Assembly: GCA_958009085.1 (NCBI GenBank)
Contig: OY253681.1
Location: 62,001 to 126,000, forward strand
DNA: 64,000 bases
Origin: Protoeuglena noctilucae
Lineage: Eukaryota
Direction: 5' to 3'
The notes under the pieces are model-generated. The model was not told where the DNA came from. It saw only the letters and a program-made list of their open reading frames with translations, and made no database searches. The position numbers and the translations under genes are program-made. Below are positions 1 through 12,965 of the stretch, one piece after another. Position 1 is the stretch's first letter; each line of letters starts with the position of its first letter.

Positions 1-487
1 TCGCCTGGGTGCCGCCATCTCAGCGCGCCATATGTTTGCCAGGCACCCAGCGCGACGGACAAGGGAATGAGGTAGATCGAGCACAGGCCAGACGCTTCCA
101 TCGCGTGGGCCCGCGAGTGCACGCGCACACTCGGTTGGTCCACGATGCACGCCACTGAATCACGGCGTCTTCATAGATCTGGGCGAGTTTTTTGTACGCA
201 TGTGTATGTCATCTAGCTCGCCCCAGCCACGCGGCTTCTCGGCAACTTTAGCCCCTTCCTTTGCCCTGAATTGGCGTCAGTGGCACCGGCTTTGCTCAGA
301 TAACCGCTGAAAGTGGCCGTTCCCGACAGCAAATCCTGCATCGAGACCTATTCAATCCATCACAGAGAGTTGTCCTCTCTACTCCCCACGATAGCGGTCG
401 AGATCCGGGACCCTAAGTCACGGGTTCCCGGCCCAAAGCGTGCCCCGCCGGGGCAGGCTCGCGTGCCTCAAGTGCGCGGATCAGAAC

Positions 488-3400
488 ATGGAGCAGTCAA
501 TCAAAGACCAGGTCGAGTCGCTGGTGAGTTTTCGGCTTAGGGGAGGAAGGAATTCGCGAGCGCACACGAGTGCCGTGGGTACGCGTCTCGCACGCGACGC
601 CTGTTGACCGGGAGTCTAAGACGCCCTCGCGAAAACATTTATGTTGATACACACATCCCATTCAGTGCTAGTATCTTTCACATCACTCCGTCACTCGACC
701 CGGGACCTGCTTACGCGATGTCGCTCGCCTCTCCCAGCGGAAGCGGACGCCCCCCGCCGCCCGCGCAGGACCGCGTGCTCACGCGCCTGGCCGTGACGTC
801 GGATGATGCGCTGGAGACGGTGGTCGGCCGGCTGCTCCCGCTCCTGCTGCCGCAGCTGGCGGTCGAGGCCCCGCCCGTCCGCAACAAGGTGCGACCGCGA
901 AAGAGAGAATCGAATGGAACAGTTCTCTCTGTTGTATCAATACCAATATTGTGACACATCTCGCGCGACCATTTTTGTTCCCCGCAGATCATGGAGATCC
1001 TGGCCCACGCCAACAAGCGCATCAAGAGCCGCCCCTCCATGCCCCTTCCCCTGCGCGCCCTCGCCGACCTCTACGCCCGCCACGCCCCGGGGGACTCCTC
1101 GAGCGCCGAGTGCCACCCCATGGTGCGCAACTTCGCTCTGATTTACCTGGAGATGGCCATGGAGAGGGCGAATGCCGAGGAGCGACTGGACGTGCTGCCC
1201 ACCGTCGTCAGGGTGAGTGAGGGACGAAAGGGGCTGGGTGGATAGAAGAGTGGAGTGATAATAGAGGAAGCATGACGTGGCAAAGTGGAGCGTGGGAACT
1301 GCTCGAGATCATCCCCTTGTGTTCCTGACCGTACCCACACCTCTCACCTCCACTTTACAGTAACCCCGCACCCCCACAGCTCATCCCCCGCCTGTCTCGC
1401 AGAACGTGTCTTGCGCGTCGTCTCAGCAGCGCGACCTGGCCCTGCGCCTGGCCATGCGGGCGCTGCAGGGACTGGCGGGGGCGTCAGCGCACCCCGACGA
1501 GCGATTGCAAGAGCGGTTCGGCCTTCGCTTGGCTAATACCGATATTGGGATCACTGGCTCGTGCTGGCTGCCCACGCATGCGCCTGCCCGTGACCTGCGC
1601 GCGCTGTTGGCGCGGGGGCGCGTGCTGCTGCTGTACCAGCCACCCTCGATTGACACCGCCGCTGTTGCTGCCGAGGAGCGTGGGAGTGCGCAAGATGCGG
1701 CGCCGGTGTCGATTGGCCCGTCGGCGTCTGCGGGGGATGTGGCCAGGGCGGTGCGGGTGGCGAGGGAGGTTATGCGGGCGCTGGAGGAGGCAGCGCCACG
1801 TGAGTGTGTAGGGGTGGGGTGTGGGGTTGCACTGGAGATGTGTTGATAGCATTTCCTTTAATGCTCATATCATGGGATTGTTTGTATTGCTGCCTTGGTT
1901 GCCTGCCGCACCCCCGCACTCGCACCCATCACCCACCTGCCCCTCCCCCCCAGGCACTACCAACTGGCCCCCCCCCGGCCTGTCTTTGAATGAGGCCGAC
2001 GGACTGTTCAAGTCCCTACCGACCATCGCCGATGTTCGACTGATGAAGGAGGGACTGCTGGTTCTGACGGCCAGGCTGGATGTCCCCCTCGAGGAGTGCC
2101 TGGGCATGTACGTGACGGCGGCATGCGACCCGTGGGACAAGTGAGTGGATACATGTGGCAGATATGGAGATGTGCAAATACGATGAGCGTAGCGTGATGG
2201 CCATGTATGTGGCAGCCGCATGCGACCCGTGGGACAAGTGAGTGGATGTATGGAATGTGCCAATGATCCCTCAATACTCATGACCACACTCTCTCCCCCA
2301 TCACTGAGTGTCTTAGTGTTCAAACAACCTCTCACCCCTCCCCACCACCCCTCTCCCCTCTCTCCCTCACCCCCAGGGTGTCCCAGTGTGCCGACGACCT
2401 CCTCCGCAAGCGATGTGCATTGACCAGCCCCCGCCCCACCGTCGACCTCGACAGCCCCGCCGCCATTCAGAGCCTCTACCGACTGGTGCTGGGCAGCCAC
2501 CCCCCCAGTTTGGCAGACATCGTGGGGGCGATGAAGGGGGAGGGGGAGCAGGGCACCCTAAGCCAGGGCGATAGAGATGCGGACGGTGACAGTCACATGG
2601 ATGGGACAGTTAATGTTAATGTCAATGTCAATGTCAACCAGTCGAGTGGGAATGGGGAGAGTGGTGGTGCGAGTGTGGTGGATAGGGATGCGGCTGGGCC
2701 GGCGGGGGCGGCTGTGGTGGCCAAGGCTCTGGGGGTGCTGTGCCGGAGCGTGGCGGCGGCGGACGCGTTTCCGCAAGCACTGCAGGTGAGGGGGAGGGGT
2801 TGGGGGTGGGGGTGAGTGGTGTGGCACTCGCTGCGGTGCTGCTTGTGAGGATGCGTGGCTGTGGAGAGCAGTATTATGATGAACAGAAGCAGCGCATGCA
2901 TGCGGTCTGGTTGCCGCTTGCCCACCTTGCTCCCTGTTCCCACGCAACTTCTCTCCCCCTCCCCCCAGGCTATATTGCTGAGTGCGTTCCTCCCCCACGC
3001 CAGCCCCCGCCTGCGTGAGTCGGGCATGTCCTTCACCATGTGGGTGATGCAGCACGCCAGCCACGACAGGCTCACGACAGGCGAGGGATGAGAAGGGGGG
3101 TGGTTGATGTGATGAAAGAGATGCGGGACAGGAACACGCCGCGCTATGTGTTGCGCCCTTGTTAGCGCCCCGTCTCCTTATCAACCCAGGTCTCTCTCTT
3201 ACCCATCCATCACCCATCTCACCATCCACTCTGACATATCTCACCCACCACCCCATCTCTCCCCACCACTCAGACATTTCCCAATCCATCCTCGACCTCC
3301 TGCTAGACACCCTCACAGTTACATCGCTGTTCACTCACTCACCACCCACTCACTCATTCACTCACTCCCCATCTCAGACATCTCCTCATCCATCCTCGAC

Positions 3401-6400
3401 CTCCTGCTAGACACCCTCACACCCACTCTGTCCATCTCACTCACTCAATCACCTCTCCCCCACTCACCCCAGACATCTCCTCATCCATCCTCGACCTCCT
3501 CTTAGACACCCTCGCCTCCCCCGCCACCCAAGGCACCGACGCGGCATCTGCCAATCTGCGCGCGTTCTGCTACGAGGGCATCGCGGCTGTGGCTAGGAGA
3601 AGACCCGAGGCAATGAGGAGCACAAAGCACGCGCAACACGTGCCACAGGCGAGAGGGAGGGGGAGGGGGAGACTGGGATAAGACATGTGGCTTTGTTAAA
3701 TGGAATTGTGATTGGCAAAGGGACTTTGCTTGCTCACGCTCCGTCATGCACGCTCGCGCTCTTACCACCCACCAACCCGCTCTCCCTCACCTCTCCCACC
3801 ACCCAATCCCTGTGTAACCACACCTCGTCTCTCACATCTTACCCCTCACCTCACCCCCCCTCTCCTCAGCTCCTCTTCGACCGCCTCTCCACCGAGCCCC
3901 CCGCCACCCGCGGCACCCTGCAAGCGTCCCTGTCCTCGCTCGCAAGCGCGTACGACCAATCGGGGTATCGACTGTCGCTGTATGGCACCATCGAGGGGGC
4001 TGCCCAGTCACCGGCGGAGGCGGCACGGGCGTGTGCGGTGGAGTGGGCCGTGAGGCTGTTTGAGTACCGGGATGCCAGGTGAGGGGAGTGGTTGGGTGTT
4101 TGGGGTGCATGCGATACATATGTTGAGATGGGCCGTGAGGCTGTCGGGATTAGGCTGTTGTAATAACAGCCTAATATCATTATGACTACGACTCTTAGTC
4201 TTATGACTCATAGTCTTATGACTATGACTACGACTTACGACTCTCATTCCCACCGGCACTTGCTCCTCCCTCCCCCCACCTGCAGGGCGCGTGCGGTTTG
4301 CGTGATGGCTGTCAGTGACAAGCGCCCCGCAGTGCAGGAGGCGGCCAGGAGGGGACTGGACCCATCGCAGTTCCACAAAACAGGCGAAGGCGAGAGAGAA
4401 CGATTGTGTATATGTTACATATATATCCAATTATGTCACGTACAGTCAGCTAAGCTGGCCCATCAGACACCCACTCACTCCCACACACCTCACCCACTTC
4501 CCCCCCATCTCAGACAGTACCACCCATCCACCCACCCACCCCCCCCTCCCTCCCCTCAGGCCCCGCCACCCCCCCCACCGCTGCTGACCTCCTCCACTGC
4601 ATGGCATCACACGCCCCATCCCTGTCCAGAGACCCAGACCCCTCATCCGACCCCGCACTGCCACCCGAGTCGATGCAAGCGATGGTGTCTCTGATGCTGG
4701 CAGCACACACCGCCAGACCATCTAAAGCATCTACAGATGCAGTGGCGAGGGTGCTGCGACATGCAGCGGCGCCACGGTCGCCCTCGTCGGTGCTCGCCAC
4801 TGCCATGCATGCGCTCGTGGCGCTGATGCTGCCGAAAGAGGTGGCAGAGGCGACGACGGGTGCTGAGGGAGTGGGGGTGGGGATGATGGCAGCAGGGGGG
4901 GCGACCGTTAAGCAGGCAGTTGGGGTAGGGTCAGCAGGGGCAACAGCAGACGCAATGACAGCTGAGCAAGCAGCGGGGATGACTGGGTCAGTGTCAGTGT
5001 CAGCGATAGCGACAGTGTCGACATGTGATGCCTCAGCATTGGGGGTGGCGCGTGAGTGGGCATCGCGAGCCCCCCGTCTGCTGGAGGCGGGGGCGGCGGC
5101 GACGGACCCCGCGGTGCGGCTGCGGGTGGCGAGGGCGGCGGGGGTGGCGCTGGCAATCGCGGGGGATGGGGCGGGGGCGGAGGCGGCGGCGGCGTGGGCC
5201 AAAGCGCGTGCCATGTGTCCGGCACCTGACAACAACAACGCAGCAGAGGGGATGAAGAAGAGTGCTTTTGATTTCCAAACGGTGGACTTTGCGATGCTGG
5301 CCGGGGCTTACCTGGCCGCTGCGTGTGCGGTGCTGGGGGGAGAGGCGATGGCGGGGGTGGCGAGGGCGGCAGCGGGGGCGACGGTGGAGGCAGGTGAGGG
5401 TTTGTGCGTGTGTGGAGGGGTGTTGTATTGGTAGTAACGGTGTAATGGCAGGTTATCGATGTTGTCTGGGACATGTGAGATTGATGTCGGCGTGTGCGAG
5501 AGTGGGCTGGGTTCGTGCGTGTTGTGTGCACTGGTTGGTCGACATGAACGCAATACAGTGCGAGTGCAAGTAAGGTTAACTTGTCAATCATCACTCCCAG
5601 TCCCTTCCTTATCTATCCCCGCAGCCCTGTCCGCGCTTTCTCACCCCCGCCACGCCCAGCACCGCCGCTCGGCCCTCTCGGCCATATCTGCGGTGGCGGG
5701 GGCGGGGATGCTTTTGAATGACGAGGTGGCGAGGGTGGCGACTGCGCTCAGTCAGCTGGTGCAGGACAGGGAGGGGGAGACGCGGGCCAGGGTGGCGCGG
5801 TGCCTGGGGATGGTGTGCATGGGGGATGCGGGTGAGGGAGAGGGACGAGGGGTGATGGTTGTGATGTGAGTGGGTGTGAGTGGGGATGGTGTGCATGGGG
5901 GATGCGGGTGAGAGGGAGATGAGGGTAGTGGGGGCGGTGGGCGATAAGAGTGGGTGTGATTCTACCAGTCGCACTCCGTTACTAACCAAACCCTCACCTG
6001 TCCATGTGTGTGTGTGCCCCACCATCAACAACAGCCCCCCCCCCCCCATCTCCAGATGCGGCCATGCGTCCCCTCGCCCCCGACAGCCGCCCATTGCTCC
6101 ACTTAGCCTGCGACTGCGCACGTGGCACGTCCGATGAAACAGTGCGGCTGGCAGCGGGGCAGGCCATGTGCCTCGCATTTGGGTGTCCCGCCGTCACCCC
6201 CCGCCATCTGCTGGCCGTGGATGAAGTGAGGATCGACCGGTGGGGGGGCGTGGAGAGGGTGTGGGAGGGGATCGGCAACGGTGAGAATGGGGGAGGGGGT
6301 GAGGGAGGGTGCGGGTGGCAGTGTAGGTGTAAGTGTGGGATTGCTTACTGCTGACCAGCAATGCTGCATGGCAGAGACTCATATAGTTAGCGACTGAGCA

Positions 6401-9400
6401 TCGTGACAAACACCGCGCTTGTCGTTGTGTTGTTGCACGTAACAACAACCACCCCCACCCCTCCCCTCACCCCCCCCAGGCACCCCACCCCCCTCTGTTA
6501 CCCCCACCCCATCCGACCCCCGCACCTCATCCCAATCCTGGGTGCTCTCCCTGCTCCTGCAAGAGCTGCCCAACAGCGCGTCGTCCGCCGACCGCGAGTG
6601 CGGCTGCGCGTGGCTGCATGCGCTGGTGCGCGCGTGTGGCCCCTGGTCCCGTCGATTGCGTGACTGTCTGGTGGAGGTGCAGGAGGTGCTGGGGCTGCTG
6701 GTGGGGGAACCCAGCGACGTGGCGAGCGAGGCGGCCAGCCGAGCCATGTCCATGGTGAGGGAGATGTGTATATGTATATGTATATGAATAGATGTGTTTA
6801 TCGATATGATGTGCATGCTGACATGTCAGTGGTGATGGATGCGAGTGGGATTGAGATTGCCACCACCATCATCCGATCCCATCCAATGTCACAAGATAGC
6901 ACTGGACGCTATCACGTGTCTCTTCCCATCACCATCACACACTCCCCTCCTTCTCCCCCTCAGGTGTATGCGCTGGGTGACGGTGAGGTGCGGTCTCGCC
7001 TGGTGTCGGGGCTGGCGGATGTGCTGAGCGGGAAGGCGCGGCAGAGGGTGGCCAAGGTGGACGCGGACAGCGCAGTCATGCCGGAGGGGGAGGTGAGGGG
7101 GGTGAGAGAGGGAGTGGTGTGAGAGTGTGTGACAAGAAAGGGAGGTGAGGGAGGAATGGGGGAGGTGAAGGGTGGTGAGGGAGTGGTGTGAGAACAGAGC
7201 GATGTGAGAGCAGTGGGGAGAGTGGTGTATAGAAAGAGGGGTTGAGGGAGGTAGCGCTGCCCCTCTCACTGCCATTCACCCACCCACCCATTCACTTCCC
7301 CATCACCATCCCTCAGCCCCCCCAGGTCAGCCGCGGTGGCCAGGGCCTCACCACCTACCGCGAGCTGTGCAACATGGCCAACGACATGGGGAAGCCGGAG
7401 CTGGTGTACAAGTGAGGGAGGGGCATGTGCATGGGGTTGGTGGGGGTGACGAGGGGGTGTGACGAGGTGTGGCAGATGGTCAGCCACTACCAACACAGCA
7501 ACTGCATGAATATTGACATCAACCCCACTCTCCCCCTCCCCCACAGATTCATGGAGATCGTCAACCACTATCGCGGCTTGGCAGCCGCGCGGTCGACGGC
7601 GGCCGGCCTTGGGTCGGTGATGCGGGCGGCGGGGGAGGAGCTGAGGCCGCACGTGGAGAAGATGCTGCCCAAGCTGTACAGGTGACGGTCACTGTCAATT
7701 TGTTAGTTACTCGCTCGCTACTTCCCTCCCCCCTCACTCCCTCACTCCCTCAACACCCCCTCCCCCCCCCTTCCCCGCCATTCAATCAACACCTTTAATC
7801 CACACCCAGGCACGAGTTTGACCCCTCCCCCTCCCTCCCTCACTCACTCACAGCCACTCTCACTCACTCACCCCCTCGCTCAGTCATTCACACTCACTCA
7901 CTCACTCACTCACTCTCTCCCTCATCTCAGGCACCAGTTTGACCCCTCCCCCGGCGTGCAAGAGGCCATGCGGGGCATCATGACAACTCTATTAGACGAC
8001 CCCAAGAAGGCCATATCGCAGCGATTGCCAGATATCGCATCCGATCTGCTGACTGAGATTGGGGGCCGCACGTGGCGGGGCAGGGAGAGCGTGTGCCTGG
8101 CGCTGGCGGACCTGGTGCAGGGGAGGAGGTGGCAGGCGAGGGGGGGATGGGGTGGGGTTGTATGTTATTGATGGAATTGTGTGTAATTGAATGTGTGTGA
8201 GAGGTAACGATGCTAGAGTGCTCTCGATGATGGCAATGGCTGGCTTGGTGCAGGGCAGGAGGTGGCAGGTGAGATGAGGAGAGATGGGAGCTGTGTTTGT
8301 AACAATGTAACAAGTAACAACGAGCAGTCACCACTCTCGCTCATTCCCAATCACAGCATGCCGTACCCCACGTATCATCAATCCCCACTCACCCTCCCGC
8401 ACCCCCCACTTACTCACCCATTCACCCCACACATTTTTAATCTCCCGTCACTCTATTGCGGTTCTACCGCAATATCAACCCCCTCCCCCCCCAACCCCCT
8501 CCCCAATCTCTCCTCCCCCTTCAGGACGTCTCCCCCTTCCTCACCGACGCCTGGCTGATGGCGGGTCGAGCCATGGACGACGTGAAAGACAGCGTGCGCG
8601 TGGCTGGCCTCACATTGCACAGTGCGCTGACGTCGCTGTCGGTGCGGCTGGCCACGCCGGGGACGACGGGGGATGACAAGGCGGTGGAGCAGGTTAGAAA
8701 GGGGGCGGTTATAATGATTATAATTGTCATTACTAGTGACGGGTGTGACTGGCTGGGAGCATCAGGGGACGAGGGGGCGGTGGTGCAGGCGAGGGGTGGG
8801 GTGATGGGGGTGGAAGTGGTGGTGGTCGAGTAGCGCAGTGCAGCGTCTGTGTTCGTCACAGGTGCTACCAACCACTCTCAACCTCCCTCTCCCTCTGCTG
8901 TCGTGCCTCATTGATGCATCCCTCTCCCACCCACTACCATCACTCACTCACTCACTCACTCACTCCCCCTCTCTCATCCCCCCCAGTCATCCTCCGTCCT
9001 GTCATGCCTCCTCGACGCCTCTCTCCGCCCCGGCTGCGGCCTCGCGTCCTCTGCTGCTGAGGTCCGCGTGGCGTGCGTGATGACGATGGCGCGACTGCTG
9101 AGCGTGTGCGGGGCGCAGGCAGCAAGGCAGCACCTCAGCCAGGCGAGCAGGGCGCTAGTGCAGTTGCATGGCAGTTACTTTTTGTGTCACAAATAACTCA
9201 CTGCACGTGGTTGCGACGCCTACGTCACTGCATCTCAGCCAGTCGAACATTGACTGCCATCGTATCATTGCCCATCCACCATTGCACACCCACATCCACC
9301 CCCCCCCCCCCCCCCCTTCTCCCCATGTGGTCCATCGTACATCTCTCACATACACACACCCTATCTTTATCCTTATCCTTATCCCATTCCCACCACTCAG

Positions 9401-12400
9401 GTGGTCCCCTCTCTGCTGGATGCCCTGTCAGGGATGGAGGACCCAAGGCTCAGTTACCTGGAGATGCAGGCCACGCACCTGGGGGCAAAGACGGCGGGGG
9501 CCATTGATGCCGCGAGGGGTGAGGGAGGAAGGGGGGGTGATGGTTCGTTGGGGTGGGGGTACTGGGGGGGATGGGTACGGAGTGTAAGTGACACAAACGG
9601 TGGGGGTTGCAGTGATGATGTGATTGATATTCAATAGTTGCTTACACTCTCTTCATCTGATAACACCACCCCTGTCACACCCCACGCTGCCCCCATCGCA
9701 CCTGTCATGTCCCCACACCCCTTACGACGCCCCCTAATTAGTCGGGAAACTTTCTCGAAATTTGTGTTATAACCCCAATGCATTCGTGTCATCTCTTTTA
9801 CCATCGCATGCAAAGTGCCGTGGGTTCTCAGGGTATAAAATGTAGGGTTCTGAAAAAGTGATTACCCCCTAATTTATGACACCCCCTTAAACGAACCCCC
9901 CACCCCCCCCCCCTCCCCCCCCAGTGCGCGCCGCCCAGAGCACTCCCATGGCAGAGGCACTGGACCTATGCGCTAGATACGCAGACCGCGACTGTCTGGA
10001 TGCATTGGTGCCGAAGCTGACATCGACCATGCGCAAGGGGGTGGGGCTGAACACGAGGGTGGGGGCGGCCAGGTTCGTGCAAGCATTGGCTGCCAGGCAG
10101 GGGGCGGATCTGGCTCACAAGTGCGGGCATCTGATGAAGGGGGCGGTGGAGGCTGCGAGGGGGGCGGGGGGGAACGCGGCGGTGCGGACGGCGATGGCGG
10201 CGACGGTGGCGGCGGTGGCCAAGCACGCCAAGGCGGAGGTGAGAGATGAGAGGGTGGGGGTGGAATTAGAGTGGACGGATGTATATTGAATAGCTGTAGA
10301 GTACAGTAGTGTAGTAGCCAACCAACCACGCCGCACACGCTCCCTCCACCCCACCCAAACCCACACCCTCTCCAACCCCACTCACCCCCGCCCCTCTTTC
10401 CCCCCCCCAGCGTCTCTCCAAATTTGCCGACGACCTCCTTCAATCGTGGGAGGACCCCACAAACACCGACGCCCGCGTCACCAGCGCCCTGGTGTCACGT
10501 GCACTGGCGCGATCGGCCCCTGACGCCTTCGCCAGAATCGCGTCTGCCCTGGCGCCCGCTGCGTTTGTGGGTCGATTCGACGGCGATGCCCTCGCTGCCA
10601 GGCTCAGCGGGGAGGCGTGGGAGGAGGGGACCGGGGGGGGGTCAGGGGCCGTGCGGTGAGGGGGGGGGGGGAGTGGGTGGGTGGGTGTGTGGTGGGGGTG
10701 GGGGAGTGGTGGTGGGGTGGGTGCATGGGTAGTATGGACAGGTAGAGAAGGGTCGGGGGCCGTGCGGTCAGGGGGTGGTGTTGGGTGGTGGGGGAGTGCA
10801 TGGGGTGGTGCTTGCATGGGGTGGAGGGAGTGTGCATGTTCACAGGCAGTGTGACAACGCATCGCATTGCACCGCCATTTACAGCTCAGTCACTCCCACC
10901 CCCCATCTTCCCCCCCCCCAGTGCCTATCTCCCCGAGATCGTCGCCATCGCCTGTTCCCGCATGCACAGCCAGGCACGCGACTGGCGACTGTCAGCCATG
11001 CGGGCAATCAAAGCAGTGGCAGAGGAAGCGCCGAGAGTGGTGGGGGCAAACAGGGCGGCAACAATGCGCATGGCAAGGGCGGTGGAGGGAGGTGAGGGGG
11101 GGGGGGGGGGATGGTCGCAGGAGGGGTGGAAGAGGTATGAGTGGCGCTACTGTTGCGATCTCTCATTTAGCACCTGCCATGCCACCCACTGTCCCACGTC
11201 GCACGTCTCACATCTCACGTCTCATCTCACCCCCTCCCCATCTCCCCAGACCTCTCCTCCGGCATCACATGGGACGGCAAGGAGGAGGGATTCCACGCAC
11301 TGGCGGCCCTGTGCGCGGCAGCAGCGGCCACGGACCCAGCAGCGCTGATGGAAGAAACCCTCACAAACGACGACAATAAGCATGTTGATGGTGGCAATGC
11401 GAGTGGCAACGCAAGTGGCGATGTGGAGATGGCAGATGGGGCTGATGCAGGGGCGGGTGCGGGTGGCAGTGCGGGTGGTGGTGCATCCACAGCCACACTT
11501 GCAATTGCGGATGATGACAGGGCATCGCTGGCGGTGCGTGCGGTGCGCGCGTGCGTGGCGGGGAGCCGCAAGCGCCGCCGGGCGTTCCGAGCAGCGGCGC
11601 TGTCTGCCTTGGCGCGCGTGATGGGGTCGGTGCGGGAGGGGGGGGAGCGGGCGGCGGGGGCGGCGGGGGAGGGGACGAGGGCGGCATTGCGCGAGTGTGC
11701 GGAGGGGCTGGTGGAGGGGACACTGCGGCCGGCGATGGCGGCGGTGGGGGCGGAGGAGGGCAGTGGTGGCGGTGGGGGTGGCGGTGGCAATGCGGGTGGT
11801 GCGGGTGGTGGCAGCACTGGTGGTGGCGGCACTGAGGGTGCAGCTGCGGATGAGGGTGGGCATGCGCCTCTGGCTGAGGGACTGGAGGTGAGGGAGTGGG
11901 TGGGGTCATGTATGAACAACACAGCGCAACGCCGTCACTTTTGCTATTGCTATAACAACCTTTCTGTAACAACCACGTGCACAGCTGCTCAGCCACTACA
12001 ACACTGCTCACCCTCACCACCCTCACTTCTCCCCCCCAGGCCTTCCGCTCCCTCCTCCTCACTGACCCCGTCATCCTCCACCAATGGTCCCCCTCTCGCG
12101 ACGCCACGCGCGACCTCTTCACATGCACCGCTGTGCTGGTCAGAGAGGGGCGGGCGGCGAGGGCGGCGGGGCTGCAGTGCTGCGCGGCGGCGATGGGGCG
12201 GGGGGGGGAGGGGATGGGTGAGATGGGATGTGGGGTGGGGAGTGGGGCACAGAGGGCTTTGAGGTGTTTGTGAGATGGGGTGGGGAGTGGTTTACAGAGT
12301 GGGGCTCAGAGGGGTGCTTGTGTGATGAGAACATGCGATGATGGGTTGCCACGTGCCATGATGTTTGGTCAGGCTTTTACGGCTGCAGCCCTGGTACCCC

Positions 12401-12965
12401 GCATGCCATCGCATGTGCTTTGTTCTTATTACACCACCCCTGCCACTGCATGCCTGCCTTACACCTCCGCCCCCGTAAATGCAGACGCGGACAGCTTGCG
12501 TGGTCTGCTGTGCGGGGGACTGTGGGCCGCGGTGGGCGACGTGGGGAGCGCGGCGGTGCGGCAGGCGGCGGTGGAGCTGGTGGGGGCGTGCGTGGGGGCG
12601 TGCGGGGGGGCGACCGTGGCGGCGGCGATGGGGGGGGAGGGCGGGCAGCGGCTGAGGTGAGGGGGTGGGTGTGGCTGCGACTGAGGGTGGCTGGTGAGAT
12701 GGGAAGCCACTCTGCATCCCAGCACCAACAAGTGCCGTGTCGTGCATCGCTACCCATCGCTCACCGCACGCTCGTCGCATCACCACCCCCTCGCTCTCTC
12801 TATATGCTCACCCGCCCCTCCGTTGACCTTGCCTTTCCTCCCAGGGATGCCCTGGCTCTGTCGGCTGCGTCGGAGCGGGTCCCTTCCATCCGCGCCAAGG
12901 CAAAGGAAGCAGCAGACGCGGTGGGGGGAGCGGGGGTGGCGGTAATGGAGACTGGAAGAGGCTAG
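488..12965 (+). CDS. ECM29: Proteasome adaptor/scaffold ECM29 (HEAT-repeat), multi-exon
   Basis: Hand-spliced N-terminus MEQSIKDQVESL|DRVLTRLAVTSDDALE...VRNK|IMEILAHANKRIK, then MVRNFALIYLEMA, LTTYRELCNMANDMGKPELVY, KMLPKLYR, WRGRESVCLALADLVQGR, RAMDDVKDSVR and GVGLNTRVG, all matching remembered ECM29 motifs. Exons are bounded by GT/GC-AG; stop is TAG at 12963-12965. Confidence 0.92.
7843..7915 (+). repeat. (CACT)n microsatellite-like tract in an ECM29 intron; similar tracts near 3335-3370 and 8940-8965
   Basis: Direct reading of cactcactcact runs upstream of acceptors. Confidence 0.8.

Noticed and set aside
290..370. Possible box C/D snoRNA on the minus strand, and a short 23S rRNA-like word (ataaccgctgaaag)
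   Set aside because: Imperfect C box, no clear terminal stem, and the match is too short to distinguish from chance.
604..770. ECM29 start at the ORF-track position (MSLASPSG...)
   Set aside because: An upstream exon at 488-523 (MEQSIKDQVESL|gtgagt) splices in phase to DRVLTRLA and fits better.
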